Both the position numbers and the translations under genes were made by a program. Below are positions 63,800-64,000 of a stretch of DNA of 64,000 nucleotides, one piece after another; position 1 is the stretch's first letter, and every line of letters begins with the position of its first letter. Source of the stretch: Torpedo marmorata. Taxonomy: Eukaryota. The notes under the pieces are model-generated. The model was not told the DNA's origin, did not search any database, and saw only the letters and a program-made list of their open reading frames with translations. The stretch is taken from positions 48,794,001-48,858,000 of the forward strand of contig OZ360219.1 in the NCBI GenBank assembly GCA_977017645.1. The letters are read 5' to 3'.

Positions 63800-64000
63800 A
63801 GACCATAAGACACGGGAGCAGAAATAGGCAATTCAGCCCATCGAGTCTGCCCTGCCATACGATCAAGAGCTGATCCATTCTCCCAATCAACCCTACTGCT
63901 TGGCCTTCTCCCCATAACCTTTGATGCCCTGGCTAATCAAGAACCTATCAGTCTCTGCCTTAAATACACCCAATGACTTGGCCATCACAACCACCTGTGG
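63800..64000 (-). mobile_element. CR1 LINE 3' end, running off the window
   Basis: accataagacacgggagcagaaataggcaattcagcccatcgagtctg...ccccataacctttgatgccc...caagaacctatc. Confidence 0.8.

Noticed and set aside
59500-64000. Next upstream HHIP exon (expected ...YSIPxxNP...HGLHDPGR-like)
   Set aside because: I could not find it by eye; it probably lies outside the window.

Overview
This is AT-rich, repeat-dense vertebrate genomic DNA. The repeat mix (HE1/V-type SINEs, Deu-type SINEs, CR1, Rex1/Babar, RTE and Penelope-like remnants) points to a cartilaginous fish, probably a ray or skate; that assignment is inference. The window lies inside the 3' half of one large minus-strand gene, a Hedgehog-interacting protein (HHIP)-like gene. 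I reconstructed six HHIP exons by hand (59488-59367, 59109-58986, 44228-44086, 42842-42761, 8115-7967, 2696-2568); all have GT-AG boundaries and compatible phases, and most are missing from the ORF track. Main finding: the canonical HHIP C-terminal membrane-association helix is absent. A phase-1 donor after the second EGF domain joins in frame to a phase-1 exon (299-91) encoding a complete BPTI/Kunitz domain, predicting an HHIP-Kunitz fusion protein. The introns hold a full-length Ty3/Gypsy LTR element with no tRNA-type PBS but a PBS-position sequence complementary to its own poly(A) signal, a long-ORF CR1, several Rex1 copies (one inverted pair), hAT and Tigger-like MITEs, Penelope-like remnants with degenerate hammerhead cores, a 38-bp x ~48 minisatellite and a 155-N assembly gap. 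Comparisons with human HHIP and repeat-family names come from memory, not database searches.
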